This document shows, in pieces, positions 15,625 to 28,759 of a stretch of DNA of 64,000 nt. The stretch is from NCBI RefSeq assembly GCF_009914755.1, contig NC_060928.1. One strand, 5' to 3'. A program made the position numbers and the translations under genes. Source of the DNA: the human T2T-CHM13v2.0 reference genome, Homo sapiens. The notes under the pieces are model-generated. The model was given only the letters and a program-made list of their open reading frames with translations. It ran no database searches and was not told the DNA's origin. Each line of letters opens with the position of its first letter. Positions within the stretch are counted from its first letter, which is position 1.

Positions 15625-16130
15625 TGCAGGACATCTTCCGTTTGCTCCTCCAGATCTGTTCCACTCGTTTGCTCCCTGTTCTTACCTCATGAAACAAAAT
15701 GGTATTGACTCCATTAATAGGCATCCTTGCCTCTGACTTCCAGGCGGGTTTGGCCAAAGGGAATCATCAGCAGGTGATCAGAGGAATGGAGAGAGAGGAG
15801 TAAGATCAAGGTATTTTTTTCCCTGGACCCCCACCTTGTAGGGTCACTACAAGCTGCTGTGTTCCTTGGTCAAATGCTAAAGCTCCTTTCACATGGTCTC
15901 TCCACACAGACTTTTCTCTCCCTGTTCTAATAACCACATCATGCTCTTGCTCACTCAGTCCTATGCATGGTAATGGTTCCTCACGGATGCCACCTAGAGA
16001 ACTCCACTAGGTCTTGTAGTTTCCCTATATTCTGAGCACTCTTTTGTAGATAGTTCCTTTATTAAAATCTCCTCAAAGTATCAACTTTGACCATGTCATC
16101 TGTTTCCTGCTGAGGCACTGAGCAGTACAT
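15625..16130 (+). mobile_element. LTR33-like ERVL solo LTR
   Basis: CCTTGCCTCTGACTTCCAGGCGGGTTTGGCCAA...TTTATTAAAATCTCCTCAAAG...CATCTGTTTCCTGCTG end motif. Confidence 0.65.
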
Positions 16131-16209
16131 CTCATTCTCTACTTCACCAAGGAAAAGGCAGCCATATGTCTTCATATCTCCAGCCGTCATTCAGAGTACC
16201 CACACATAC

Positions 16210-17450
16210 TCAAACACAGTTTGAGGCTTCAATTCTGTATTTCTGAGACTGCTAGGGGATGTGGAACAAGTCTGTGCCTCTTTTCCTCTTCAAAAGAATG
16301 AGAATAATGATGTTTTCCCTATATATCTTGCCAGGAATTTTGTGATAACTAAATCATATAATGGATATGAAAATACTTAGCAAAGCTGAGTACTAGACAT
16401 ACAAGAAGTATTATTACCATTATTGTTACTACTATAGAGCTAAATGTCAACCCAAGTTTTGACTGTAGCCCAATGAAAGACGACTGAATTCTCTCTCTCT
16501 CTCTCTGAGTTTACATGCTACTATCTAAACACATGTATGTGTTTTGGTGACAATTGCAAATACCTTTACATACTGGCCATATACTCCAATCAACCATCAC
16601 TTTAGTACAAATTATACTTGCTATTCATATCCTTTCCTATGTGGTGATTACATGGTAGAAAGAGCTTTGGCTTTGGAGCCCACTGCATTTAGCTTCAAGC
16701 TTTGCTCCATCACTTACTAGTTCTTGGATACCAAGGAAATCACTTAGCCTCTCTGAGCCTTGGTTTCTTGGTTAATAAAATGATGAAAATTGCAAAGATT
16801 GAATACCTGCTCTGGTATCCTTCCCTTTTCCTTACCTAGTAACAGGAGAAGATGTCCTGCAATGGTGCAGCACACACTTCCCGGACCTGGAACAAGAAGG
16901 CCATGGCTTAACTTCTGTATAAAAGACAGAGGGATAGCATGCCAAAAGATGGACTCTGAGATGATTGTGGCAAAAGGACTGGGAAATGACAGCAAGCTCA
17001 GGTCAGGGAGGGGACACTCTCTTTGATTGAAGCTTACTGGAAACCACACATTGTGGGTGGGCCTAACTGGCCACAGAAATTCTTCCCAGAAGTAATCCAT
17101 GTGATTTGAGGACATTTTACTGATGAGATTAAGATGCTAAAATGCCATCGTGAAGCAGCCAACCTAAAGTATAACTAATGTATAACCAGCTGTAAACTTG
17201 GAAATTGTAACATTTTATGTATATTGATTGAAATAATAATACTGGGTGAGGGAAATAGCATTTTTCTGGAGCATCTACTTTGGGTGGGCCTGGCAACTTA
17301 TACAGCATACATCATCTCATTGAGTCTTCTTATTAACCTCATGCAATGGGTATTAAAATCCTTATTTGACTTATGGGGAAATTGAAACTCCAACGATGCA
17401 CACAATATGTAAGTAGTTCTGGATCAACCTCTCCAACTCACAGAACCCTG
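16210..17450. mobile_element. Several MIR fragments (about 16210-16430 +, 16650-16830 +, 17270-17450 -)
   Basis: MIR core motifs such as CACTTAGCCTCTCTGAGCCTTGGTTTC and CCTTATTTGACTTATGGGGAAATTGA. Confidence 0.6.
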
Positions 17451-18090
17451 ATGTGAATAATATGTATAGTGGGTATGAATCTAAGGCCACAGATTTAGGT
17501 GCACAAGAAATACATCAGTTTTATTCTTATGTAACTCAGCTAAATTTACATCCTGAGCCACTATTCCAACAGGATGGCAAAAAGTTAATCTCTCCCAACT
17601 TGAATTCCTGCCTTCTCTCTTACATGGGGTTATATCTGAGTTCTGACTTCGTATGGTTTATATAAATTTATGTGATTATATGGTTTATTTGGTTCCAGAG
17701 CATTGGTGGTTAGCATAGGGTTAAAGGAAATCTGGTCTTCACTGAGGGTGCCAAAGGGAAATCTGTTACTCCCTCATTGGGCTATGCAGGTTGTCATGGC
17801 AATATCTTTTGTTCTCATCTGTGCAAATCTAGTTAGTCTCCCTCAAATATTTTTGTCCTTTGGGTGCATGAGAATATTCTGTTGCTGCCCCACCATGATA
17901 GCTTCAAAGTTAGACATTGAGAGTATCTCTGGACAGATCACAGAGATATTTCTTCTGTGGTATTATGCTATTTACCCAGGATTCTACTTAGTTGCAGGAG
18001 CACAGGTGTCTTCTGCTGTTGGATTCCATAATTTCGTCTGGGGTTTTGGCTCTGCCTCACTTTCCTATGCTCAGTCTGAGAGCAAGGCAG

Positions 18091-18476
18091 TGTCACGCAT
18101 GTCTGTGTGAAGTGAACCCACCGAACAGGCTTTGTGTGAGCAACAAGGCTGTTTATTTCACCTGGGTACAGGCGGGCTGAGTCCGAAAAGAGAGTCAGCA
18201 AAGGATGGTGGGATTAACATTAGTTCTTACAGATTTGCGATAGGTATACAAAGTACATTCTCAAGGGTGGGGAGAATATTACAAAGTATATTTTTAAGGG
18301 CAGGGGAGAATATATCGTATCAGTTAGGGTGGGGCAGGAACAAATCACAATGGTGGAATGTCATCAGTTAAGGCTATTTTCACTTTTGTGGATCTTCAGT
18401 TGCTTCAGGCCATCTGGATGTATACATGTAGGTCACAGAGAATATGATGGCTTAGCTTGGGCTCAGAGGCCTGACA
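18091..18476 (-). mobile_element. HERV-H 3' LTR (386 bp)
   Basis: Minus strand begins TGTCAGGCCTCTGAGCCCAAGCTAAGCCATC; AATAAA in R; preceded by PPT TAAGAAGACAGGAA. Confidence 0.95.
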
Positions 18477-18479
18477 TTC

Positions 18480-19160
18480 CTGTCTTCTTATATTAATAAG
18501 AAAAACAAAATAGTGGTGAAGTGTTGGGGCAGTGAAAATTTTGGGGGGTGGTATGGAGAGATAATGGGCGATGTTTCTCAGGGCTGCTTTGAGCGGGATT
18601 AGGAGCAGCATGGGAACCTAGAGTGGGAGAGATTAAACTGAAGAAAGATTTTGGGGTAAGGGGTGGTATTGTGGGGTTGTTAGAAGGAGCATTTGTCATA
18701 TAGAATGATTGGTGATGGCCTGGATGCGGTTTTGTATGAATTGAGAAACTAAACAGAAGACACAAGGTCCAAATAAAAGAAGGAGAAAAATAGGTATTAA
18801 GGGACTAAGAATTGGGAGGACCCAGGACATCCAATTAGAGAGTGTCCAAGGGGTTTCGGCATAATTATTTGCTTGGCTGGCGAGTTTTTGGGCTCTTTCA
18901 GTTTTTTTATGTTGTCATATACCGGCCAGATTGATTAAGATAAAAACAACTCTTCATTAAAAAATATACCCAGTCCCCCCTTTTTTAAGCAGTGAGTAAG
19001 TCGGGGCCTCGGCAATTTTGGAGGAAAGAGAAATGCAAAGCCAGCAATTGTTTGTTAAAGAATGATTAGAAACGGCTAGGAGAGAGTGAGTGAGATTGAT
19101 AGTGTGGTGGAGATAGCTGGGGAGAGCTGGATGGTGACATAAGAATGGGAACAAGAATAA
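18480..19160 (-). pseudogene. HERV-H env remnant
   Basis: NHSLTNNCWLCISLS contains the gammaretroviral SU CWLC motif; most of env is deleted. Confidence 0.8.
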
Positions 19161-19249
19161 GAGTGAGTATAAAAGTAAAAAAAAAGGACTTCATCAGGGT
19201 AAAAGTGTTGGAGTGTGCCCTGTCAGCAAAGATCATCTATCCACTCCAA

Positions 19250-20200
19250 AAGGGAGTCAAGAGTGGCGGATTGGGGATAGATTTTCACGATGGAAAGAAA
19301 ATGAGAGGTTTTAAGAGGTGGGCTAATGGCTTGTAACCTACATGGAAGAGGATGTGAAGTGATGACAGAATAGAATGGGCCTATGAGGCTGGAAGGATAT
19401 ATATATATATGTATTTTTTTTTTTTTGGTCTAAGAACCATCTGCCTTGAGTGGAGACAGATTGATAGGTGGGAACTTCAGTGGGAGAGTAAATAGGAGTG
19501 ACCAATGAGAAGGAGAAAAACTGGCCATGAGGGACAGAAGTTGGAACGCTAGCTGCTTCTTTAGCTACCTTATCAGCCTAAGCATTGCCCTGAGCAATGG
19601 GATCTGATGCCTTTTGATGGCCCTTGCAGTGAATGACTCCAACTTCCTTTGGAAGTAAAGCAGCTTTAAGAAGAGTTTTTATTAAGGCGGCATTAATGAT
19701 GGAGGACTCTTGTGTAGTGAGGAAATTTCTTTCTGCCCATTTAACAGCATGGTGGTGCAGGATATGGAAGGCATATTTAGAGTCAGTATAAATATTGACA
19801 TGTAGTCTCTTTGCAAGAGTGAGGGCCCGAGTTAAGGCAATGCGAAGGGCGGCAATGAGGTATGGAGGTAGCCTAGGAATAGTCAGTGAAGCAGATAATT
19901 TAGTTAAAATGCCTCGACCTAATAAGGGAGCTGGGCAGGTGGGGATAATTAAAAAGGAGTACACAGAACAATGTTGCCCAAGTTGGCACCAGAATTGGGG
20001 AGTTTTAAGAGGTTTAGAAGCCTGGCCATCAATACCCACAACAGTTATGGAGGACAGGGAAACAAGCCCTTGAAAAGAAGGTAATGTGGAGTGGGTAGCC
20101 TCCGTATTGATTAAGAAGGGGACGACTTACTCTCCACTGTGAGAGTTACCCAAAACTCAGCGTCCGTGATGGCCCAGGGGGCCTCTGAGACAATCAGGCA
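19250..20200 (-). pseudogene. HERV-H pro/pol remnant: protease joined to RNase H, then integrase N-terminus
   Basis: PLLGRGIL (protease GRD-like); NIYTDSKYAFHILH and VIHCKGHQK...IAQGN (RNase H); active site degenerate to INTEAT near 20100. Confidence 0.88.
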
Positions 20201-20203
20201 GCA

Positions 20204-21200
20204 TCAGTCTTCAGCTGCTAAGCTGAGAAGATCTGGGAAGGAGTCAGTCAGAGAGCCTTGGGCCAGAGATCTAGGGGCTCTGGGAGTGGCTGCTGGGCAA
20301 GTTGGACAGTCCGATTTCCAGTGGGGTCCCACACAGATGGGACATGGCTTAGGAGGAATCACGGGCTGAAGGCATTCCTTGGCCCAGTGGCCAGATTTTT
20401 GGAACTTGAAGCAAGATCCTGGGGGAGGAGGTCCTGAAGCAATGCCTGGCCACTGCGGTTTAGGCATTTTGAAGTTCTTGTGTGCTGGAGATGTGGCTGG
20501 GATTTCTCTCACAGTGGAAGCAAGTAATTGCAACTGTTTTCTATTATTGTACACCTTGAAGGTGAGGTTAATTAAGTCCTGTTGTGGGGTTTGAGGGCCG
20601 GAATCTAATTTTTGGAGCTTTTTCTAATGTCGGGAGTGGATTGGGTAATAAAATGCATACTGAGAATAAGGTAGCCTTCTGGACCCTCTGGGTCTAGGGT
20701 GGTAAAGCGTCTAAGAGTTGTTGCCAAACAGGCCATGAACTGGGCTGGGTTTTTATATTTGATGAAAAAGAGCCTAAATGCTAACTGATTTGGGAAAGGT
20801 CTGATAGAGAAAAAGGAGCATTAACCATGACTATGCCTTTAGCTCCATCCATCTCTTTAAGAGGAAATTGTTGGGCAGGTGGGGGAGGGCTAGTTGCTGA
20901 ATGAAACTGTAAGCCAGACCAGATGTGAGAAGGGGAGGTTACAGAAGGATTATAGAGTGGGAGAGCGGAGGCTGAGGAAGAATTGGGACCTCGCTCAGCC
21001 TGGCGAGGAGCAGCCAGGGGAGGAGGGGAGAGGTCAGATGTGTTCATAGAAAAGGAGGATTCAAACGACTCAGAGCTTGGGGTGGAGACTGAAGGAACAG
21101 AGAGGAGAAAAAGAAGAAAGATTTGGAATGAGCCGCATTGGGAGCAAAGATTAGGAAGGGACCGATGTGTAAAAGAATGCCTAGACATCAGGCACCTCTG
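20204..21200 (-). pseudogene. HERV-H gag remnant
   Basis: Two nucleocapsid knuckles CFKFQKSGHWAKEC (one Cys lost) and CPICVGPHWKSDC; upstream PPPPAQQFPLKEMDGAKGIVMVNAPFSLSDLSQI. Confidence 0.88.
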
Positions 21201-21945
21201 ACCATTTGCCCAGTTTACGACAAGAATTATCTAGATCTTATAGGATGGAAAAATTGAAAGTGCTGTTTTCTGGCTATTTGGAACCATTATTGAGTTTGTA
21301 CTGGGGTCAAGTGGTGTTGCAGAAGAAAATAAGTCAATTAGGTTTTAGGTCAGGTGTGAGCTGAAGAGGTTTTAAGTTCTTGAAAACACAGGCTAAGGGA
21401 GAAGGGGGAATGGAGGGTGGAAGGTTGCCCACAGTGAAGGAGGTAAGTTTAATGAGAAAGGTAGAGACACAGAGAAGGTGGGTGAGTGGCCCTGGGCTGC
21501 AATGTGGGTGAGCAGCCAAAGCAGGCATCCCTGCAATTGACTTGCCACCAAGGGAATGTGGGTGAATGACCAAGGCAGGTGTCCCTGCAGTGATCAGACA
21601 CCAATGGAGTGTGGGTGAATAATCAGGCAGGTGTCCCTGCAGTGATTAAACACCAAGGGAATACTGTCTTCCCGAGTCTGTGACCAGCGCCGGAGTTTTG
21701 GGTCCACGGATAAAATGTGTCTCCTTTGTTTCTACTAGAGAGGAAAAAAGAACTGGAATTGGAAGGACAGGGAGATTCAAGGGTAGCAAGAGAGGCTGGA
21801 GAAGAGAGTGAGAAGACCGCTTACTGATTTGAAATTGGTGAGATGTTCCTTGGGCTCATTGGTCTGAGGACCTGAGGTCATAGGTGGATCTCCTCAAGGA
21901 GTGAGGGCGAGGACAGGGGACTGGTCTCCTGAAGGAGTCCTCCTG

Positions 21946-21963
21946 TCCCAGGTTTCGGCACCA
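21946..21963 (-). other. Primer-binding site complementary to tRNA-Phe
   Basis: Minus strand TGGTGCCGAAACCTGGGA, 17/18 to the tRNA-Phe PBS TGGTGCCGAAACCCGGGA, 2 nt from the 5' LTR. Confidence 0.9.
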
Positions 21964-21965
21964 AA

Positions 21966-22382
21966 TGTCATGTGTGTCCATGTGAAGAGACCACCAAACA
22001 GACTTTGTGTGAGCAACAAGGCTGTTTATTTCACCTGGGTACAGGCAGGCTGCGTCCAAAAAAGGAGTCAGCAAAGGGTGGTGGGATTATCATTAATTCT
22101 TATAGGTTTGGGATAGGCGTACAAAGTACATTCTCAAAGGCGGGGATAATATCACAGAGTACCCCTAAGGGCAGGGGAGAATATTACAAAGTACCTTCTT
22201 AACGGCAGGGGAGAATATCATATCAGTTAGGGTGGGGCAGGAACAAATCACAATGGTGGAATGTCATCAGTTAAGGTTATTTTCACTTCTTTTATGGATC
22301 TTCAGTTGCTTCAGGCCATCTGGATGTATACTTGCAGGTCACAGGGAATATGATGGCTTAGCTTGGGGTCAGAGGCCTGACA
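21966..22382 (-). promoter_or_regulatory. HERV-H 5' LTR (417 bp; promoter)
   Basis: Second LTR copy with minus-strand TATA (CCTATAAGAA) near 22100-22107 and three U3 type-II repeats. Confidence 0.9.
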
Positions 22383-22827
22383 GGCAGACTCTCCCAGACA
22401 CACTGGTATCATACCGTTATCACTTCCCCTTTAACTTTTTTCCCCCCAGATATGGAGAATCTGTTTGTAGTTGGTAAGGGAGGCTGATAGAAAAGGTCTG
22501 CTCATACTGTTCAAGAATGTTGTCATGATCCTTTGTGTTACTCTAAGGAGCTAAATTTCAAAAGACAAAGCTAAAAAGAGTTTCCATTTTTTCCTCTCTT
22601 TTCTGCTATTACATATCTTTCCTAAGCCAATTAATACCTATTGGTTTAGGTGTCTTAGTAGAGTGAAGAAAATGCTGGGAAACAAAAAACTCCTCTTTCA
22701 GAAATATTGTCTTGTCTACGTACAAAGGACTTCATTATTTATTTATTTAAATACAGTAAGAAATTTGAATTCAAGGTGGACTGGAATCACCCCTAACCCT
22801 CCCTTGGCTGATTGGGATGTATTTTCT

Positions 22828-23770
22828 TTTCTTTCTTTTTTTTTTTTATACTTTAAGCTCTAGGGTTCATGTGCACAACGTGCAGGTTTGTTACATATGT
22901 ATACATGTGCCACGTTGGTTTGCTGCACCCATTAACTCGTCATTTACATTAGGTATTTCTCCCAGTGCTATGCCTCTCCCATTCCCCCACCCCACGACAG
23001 GCCCCAGTGTGTGATGTTTCCCGCCCTGTGTCCAAGTGTTCTCATTGTTCAATTCCCACCTATGAGTATGAAGATGCCATGTTTGGTTTTCTGTCCTTGT
23101 GATAGTTTGCTCAGAATGATGGTTTCCAGCTTCATCCATGTCCCTGCAAAGGACATGAACTCATCCTTTTTTATGGCTGCATAGTATTCCATGGTGTGTA
23201 TGTGCCACATTTTCTTAATCCAGTCTATCATTGATGGACATTTGGGTTGGTTCCAAGTCTTTGCTATTGTGAATAGTGCTGCAATAAACATACGTGTGCA
23301 TGTGTCTTTATAGTAGCATGATTTATAATCCTTTGGGTATATACCCAGTAATGGGATGGCTGGGTCAAATGATATTTCTAGTTCTAGATCCTTGAGGAAT
23401 TGCCCCACTGTCTTCCACAATGGTTGAACTGGTTTACACTCTCACCAACAGTGTAAAAGCATTCCTATTTCTCCACATCCTCTCCAGCATCTGTTGTTTC
23501 CTGACTTTTTAATGATTGCCATTCTAACTGGTGTGAGATGATATCCCATTATGGTTTTGATTTGCATTTCTCTGATGGCCAGTGATGACGAGCATTTTTT
23601 CATGTGTCTGTTGGCTGCATAAATGTCTTCTTTTGAGAAGTGTCTGTTGATATCCTTTGCCCACTTTTTGATGGGATTGTTTGATTTTTTTCCTGTAAAT
23701 TTGTTTAAGTTCTTTGTAGATTCTGGGTATTAGCCCTTTGTCAGATGGGTAGATTGCAAAAATTTTCTCT
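22828..23770 (-). mobile_element. 5'-truncated L1PA6-like (3'UTR plus ORF2 C-terminus)
   Basis: [23 protein letters not shown]...; 17-bp TSD ATTGGGA(TG/CA)TATTTTCT at 22811-22827 and 23771-23787. Confidence 0.94.
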
Positions 23771-26006
23771 ATTGGGACATATTTTCTATGTGGATAATAC
23801 ACATGGGAAGCCAAATAATAATTAGAAACTTGCTATCAAAGCAAGTAGAGTCAAATGGATTATGTCAATCACTATCATAGTCTAAAGTGCCTTCTTCTAC
23901 TGCTGGAGAAAGACCTTACAGAGACCAAGAGTTACATTTACTTGGGTACCTAGTATCTGAATGGAGATACATTCTTGATGTCCATCTCTCACTTTCCTTG
24001 GCTCCATAGTGCTCATCTATCTTTCAGTTGTCCCACTACTCTTTCCTTGGCTCTCAGATTGGCCATCAGGCTTTCTCCAGGCAGAGCACAATAAAATTGG
24101 TTAACCATTAATTTAATATAAGTTGTATATCTATTTCAGGCCAGTTTCTGAGAGGCTGCACCCAGTATGGCTTGGCTAAACTTGAATGTGCCCCAATCAC
24201 CTGAGCCTAGCATTTCTGGGCAACTTCATGCATTCTTGTTTTGTTTTGAAATGAAAATACATGGCAAAAAAAAAAAAAAAAAAAAAAAAACACCAAAACC
24301 AAAAACAAAAAAACCCAGCAAAAACACATGCACACACACAAAAAGTACAGAACAAAAAAGTCCACTCATACTTTTTTTTTTTTTAAATAAAGAAAAGTTT
24401 AATTGGCTCATGGTTCTATAGGCTGTACAGGAAGCATAGTCTTGGCATCTGCTTCTGGTGAAGGCCTCTGGAAGGCAAAGATGGAGCAGGCATGTCACAT
24501 GGTGGGAATGAGAACAAGAGGTGGGGGTAGGTGCTTTTAAACAACCAGATCTCATGAGAACTCACTCACTATCATGGGGACAGTACCAAGCCATGAGAGA
24601 GCTGCCTCCATGACCCAAACATCTCCCACTAGACCCCACCTCCAACATTGGGTTTACATTTCAACACGAGATTTGAATGAGGACCAAATATCCATACTAT
24701 ATTATGCCACCCCTCGTTTCCCCAAAATCTCGTGCCCTTCTCATATTGCAGAATACAATCATGCCTTCCAAATAGTCCCCCAAAGTCTTAACCCATTTCA
24801 GCATTAACTCAAAAGTCCCAAGTTAGAGTCCAAAGTCTCATCTGAGACTCATCTACTTCCACCTATAAGCCTGTAAAATCAAAACAAGTTATTTACTTCC
24901 AAGATACAAGGGGGGTACAAGTATGGGGTGAACATTCTCATTACAAAAAGGAGAAATTGGCCAAAAGAAAGGGGCTACAGGCCCCATGCAAGTCTGAAAC
25001 CCAGGGGAGGGCAGTCATTAAATCTTAAAGCTCCAAAATTGTCTCCTTTGATGCCTTCTATATCCTGCAACCAGGGCACACTGGCACAAGGGTTGGGCTC
25101 CCAGGGTCTTGGGAAGCTCCACTTCTGTGACTTTGTAGGATGCAGCCCCTGCAGTTGCTGTCACAGGTTGGGCTTGAGTGCCTGTGGCTTTTCCAGGCTT
25201 AGGATGCAAGCTGCTGGTGGCTTTATCATTCTAGGGGGTCTGGAGGATAGCAGCCCCTTTCCCACAGCTCCGCTAGGCAGTGCTCCGGTAGGGACTCTGT
25301 GTGGGGCTTACAACCCCACATTTCCCCTCTGCACTGCCCTAGTAGGGGTTCTCTATCAGGGCTCCACTCCTGCAGCAAGCTTCTGCCTGGGCACCCAGGG
25401 TTTCTCATACATCCTCTGAGATCTAGATAAGGCTGCCAAGTCTCCTTCACTCTGTGCACCTACAAGCTTAACACTACATGGAAGCCTCCAAGGCCTATGA
25501 TTTGTGCCCTCCAGAGTGGAGGTCTGAGCAGTAACTGGGCCCCTTTGAGCTGCAGCTGGAGCTGGAGCTGGAGCAGCAGGGAGGCAGGTATGCAGGTACC
25601 AGTGTCCCCAGGCTGCTCAGAACAGTGGGGCGCTGGGCCTCACCCACTAAACAATTCTTTTCTCCTAGGCCTCTAGGCCTATGATGGGAGGGGCTGCCGC
25701 AGAGATATCTGAAATGCCTTCAAGGTCTTTTTCCCATTGTCTTGGCTATCAGCACTTGCCTCCTTTTTAGTTATGCAAATCTCTCTGGCAAGTAGTTGCC
25801 CTGCAGCCTACTTGAATTCCTCTCCAGATAATGCTTTTTCTTTCTCTGTCACATGGCCTGACTGAAAATTTTCCGGACTTTTATGTTCTGCTTCCTGTTT
25901 AAATATAACTTCCAACCTTAAGTTATTTGTTTGCTCCTGCATCTGAATGTAGGTCATTAGAAACAGCCACGCTAACTCTTGAACACTTTGATGGTTGGAA
26001 ATTTCG

Positions 26007-26344
<338 letters not shown>

Positions 26345-26769
26345 CTAGGTTATCACTCTCAAGTTCAAACTTCCACAGTTCTCTAGGACATTGACACAAT
26401 ACAGCCAAGCTTTTTGCTAAGGTACAACAAGGGTTTCCTTTATGCCATCTTCCAGTAAGTTCCTCGCTTTCATCTGAGACCTGGTCAGACTGGACTTCAT
26501 TGTCCAAGTCACTTATCAGTATTTTGGTCGCAATCATTTTACCCGTCTCTAAGATGTTCCAAACGTTCCCTCATCTTCTTGTCTTCTTCTGAGCTCTCTA
26601 AACTCTTCAAACCTCTGCCTGTTACCCAGTTCCAAAGTCATTTCCACATTTTCAGGTATCTTTATAGCAATACCCCACTTCTCAGAACGAATTTTCTGTA
26701 TTTGGCTGTTCTTGCATTGCTATGAAGAAATACCTGAGACTGGGTGATTTATAAAGAAAACAGGTTTAC

Positions 26770-27198
<429 letters not shown>

Positions 27199-27285
27199 TT
27201 ACTAACTCTTGACCTCTTCCCTCAACCCAGTATTTCTAATCCCATTTTTAAGAGGCAACTAGTTTCCTGTCTTTCCAGAGACATT

Positions 27286-27308
27286 TCTCTCTGTCTCTCT
27301 CTCTCTTT

Positions 27309-27352
<44 letters not shown>

Positions 27353-27368
27353 CACACACACACACACA
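27286..27368. repeat. (TC)n-(CA)n microsatellite within an old L1ME-like fragment
   Basis: TC run followed by about 19 uninterrupted CA units and a further run. Confidence 0.95.
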
Positions 27369-28070
27369 GTAGTATATTCTGTCCATTGCTCTTTCTGCTT
27401 TTTTTACTTAACAATATATCTATCCATTATATTTTGAGTGCCTCACTTTCAGTTCTTATGTTCCCACCATATCCATCATTATTGCACACAATTGTTGCTT
27501 CTAACCTTCTCTTTGGCTCTCTATTCATCACTACACTAATCTTCAGAGGAAGTTACCTTCTTCCTTACCTGAAGTCAGAATTGTTTGAGGAAAAACCATT
27601 ATAGAATTATTAGGTATAAATCATTATAGAATCATTATGTATATACCATTAACAGACCACTCAAAAAAGCTTCCAGCAAACTTTAACAGTACCACAAGCA
27701 TGCAATTATTTGTAAATCATTTTCTTATGATGAACAAAGAAAAAGGAAACTCAGATATTTTGAAAATAGAAAGATCCATATTTTACCATATTTTTATTTC
27801 TGCACCTATAATCTATGACCATGTATAGCACACTAAAATAATGTGTTTTAATTTGCTATGACTACAAATAAGATTGTCCTAAGCTCTAAAAATCGATGTT
27901 TAAGTAGATTATCCTTTATATTTAAATTGTTTCTACTCTAATAGTATGATTTTTCTTGTAAACCTGTATATATCAGGATGGAAGTCCTTTTTAAAAAAGT
28001 GCAAGTGTCTTTTTAAAAAAGAGAGACATTTTTTAAGAAATGCACTACACTTCATAGTGTAGAAAGAAGG

Positions 28071-28388
28071 TGACATGATTTGGCTGTGTCCCCACCCAAA
28101 TCTCATCTTGAATTCCCATATGTTTTGGGAGAGACCTGGTGGGAGGAAATTGAACCATGGGAGCAAGTCTTTCCCATGCTGTTCTCGTGATAGTGAATAA
28201 GTCTTATGAGATCTGACGGTTTTAAAAAGAGGCATTCCCCTGCACAAGCTCTCATTTTTTGCCTGCTGCCATCCACTTAAGATGTGACTTGCTCCTCCTT
28301 GCCTTCAGTCATGATTGTGGGGCTTTCTTTTGTAAATTGCTCAGTCTTGGGTATGTCTTTATTAGCAGCATGAAAAAGGACGAACACA
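28071..28388 (+). mobile_element. THE1B-like solo LTR with internal deletion
   Basis: TGACATGATTTGGCTGTGTCCCCACCCAAATCTCATC...ACACA; TSD GAAGG/AAAGG. Confidence 0.88.
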
Positions 28389-28404
28389 AAAGGAGATCTA
28401 ATAG

Positions 28405-28729
<325 letters not shown>

Positions 28730-28759
28730 TAATTCCTAATTTCTTATGCATGGAGACGT

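Larger units (their letters stand above)
18091..22382 (-). mobile_element. HERV-H provirus (internally deleted, 4292 bp) with two LTR7B/7C-type LTRs
   Basis: TGTCA...TGACA termini; 5-bp TSD GGCAG at 18086-18090 and 22383-22387; gag, pro, RNase H, integrase and env remnants in order; PPT beside the 3' LTR. Confidence 0.97.

Noticed and set aside
17790-17803. RFX X-box-like GTTGTCATGGCAAT beside the HERV-H
   Set aside because: Single motif, possibly inside an unrecognised old repeat; no independent support.
21500-21660. Three imperfect repeats (GGCAGGTGTCCCTGCAGTGAT-like) in the provirus leader
   Set aside because: As I recall, a normal feature of the HERV-H 5' leader.
24928-25419. 163-aa plus-strand ORF
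   Set aside because: Antisense frame of MST internal sequence.
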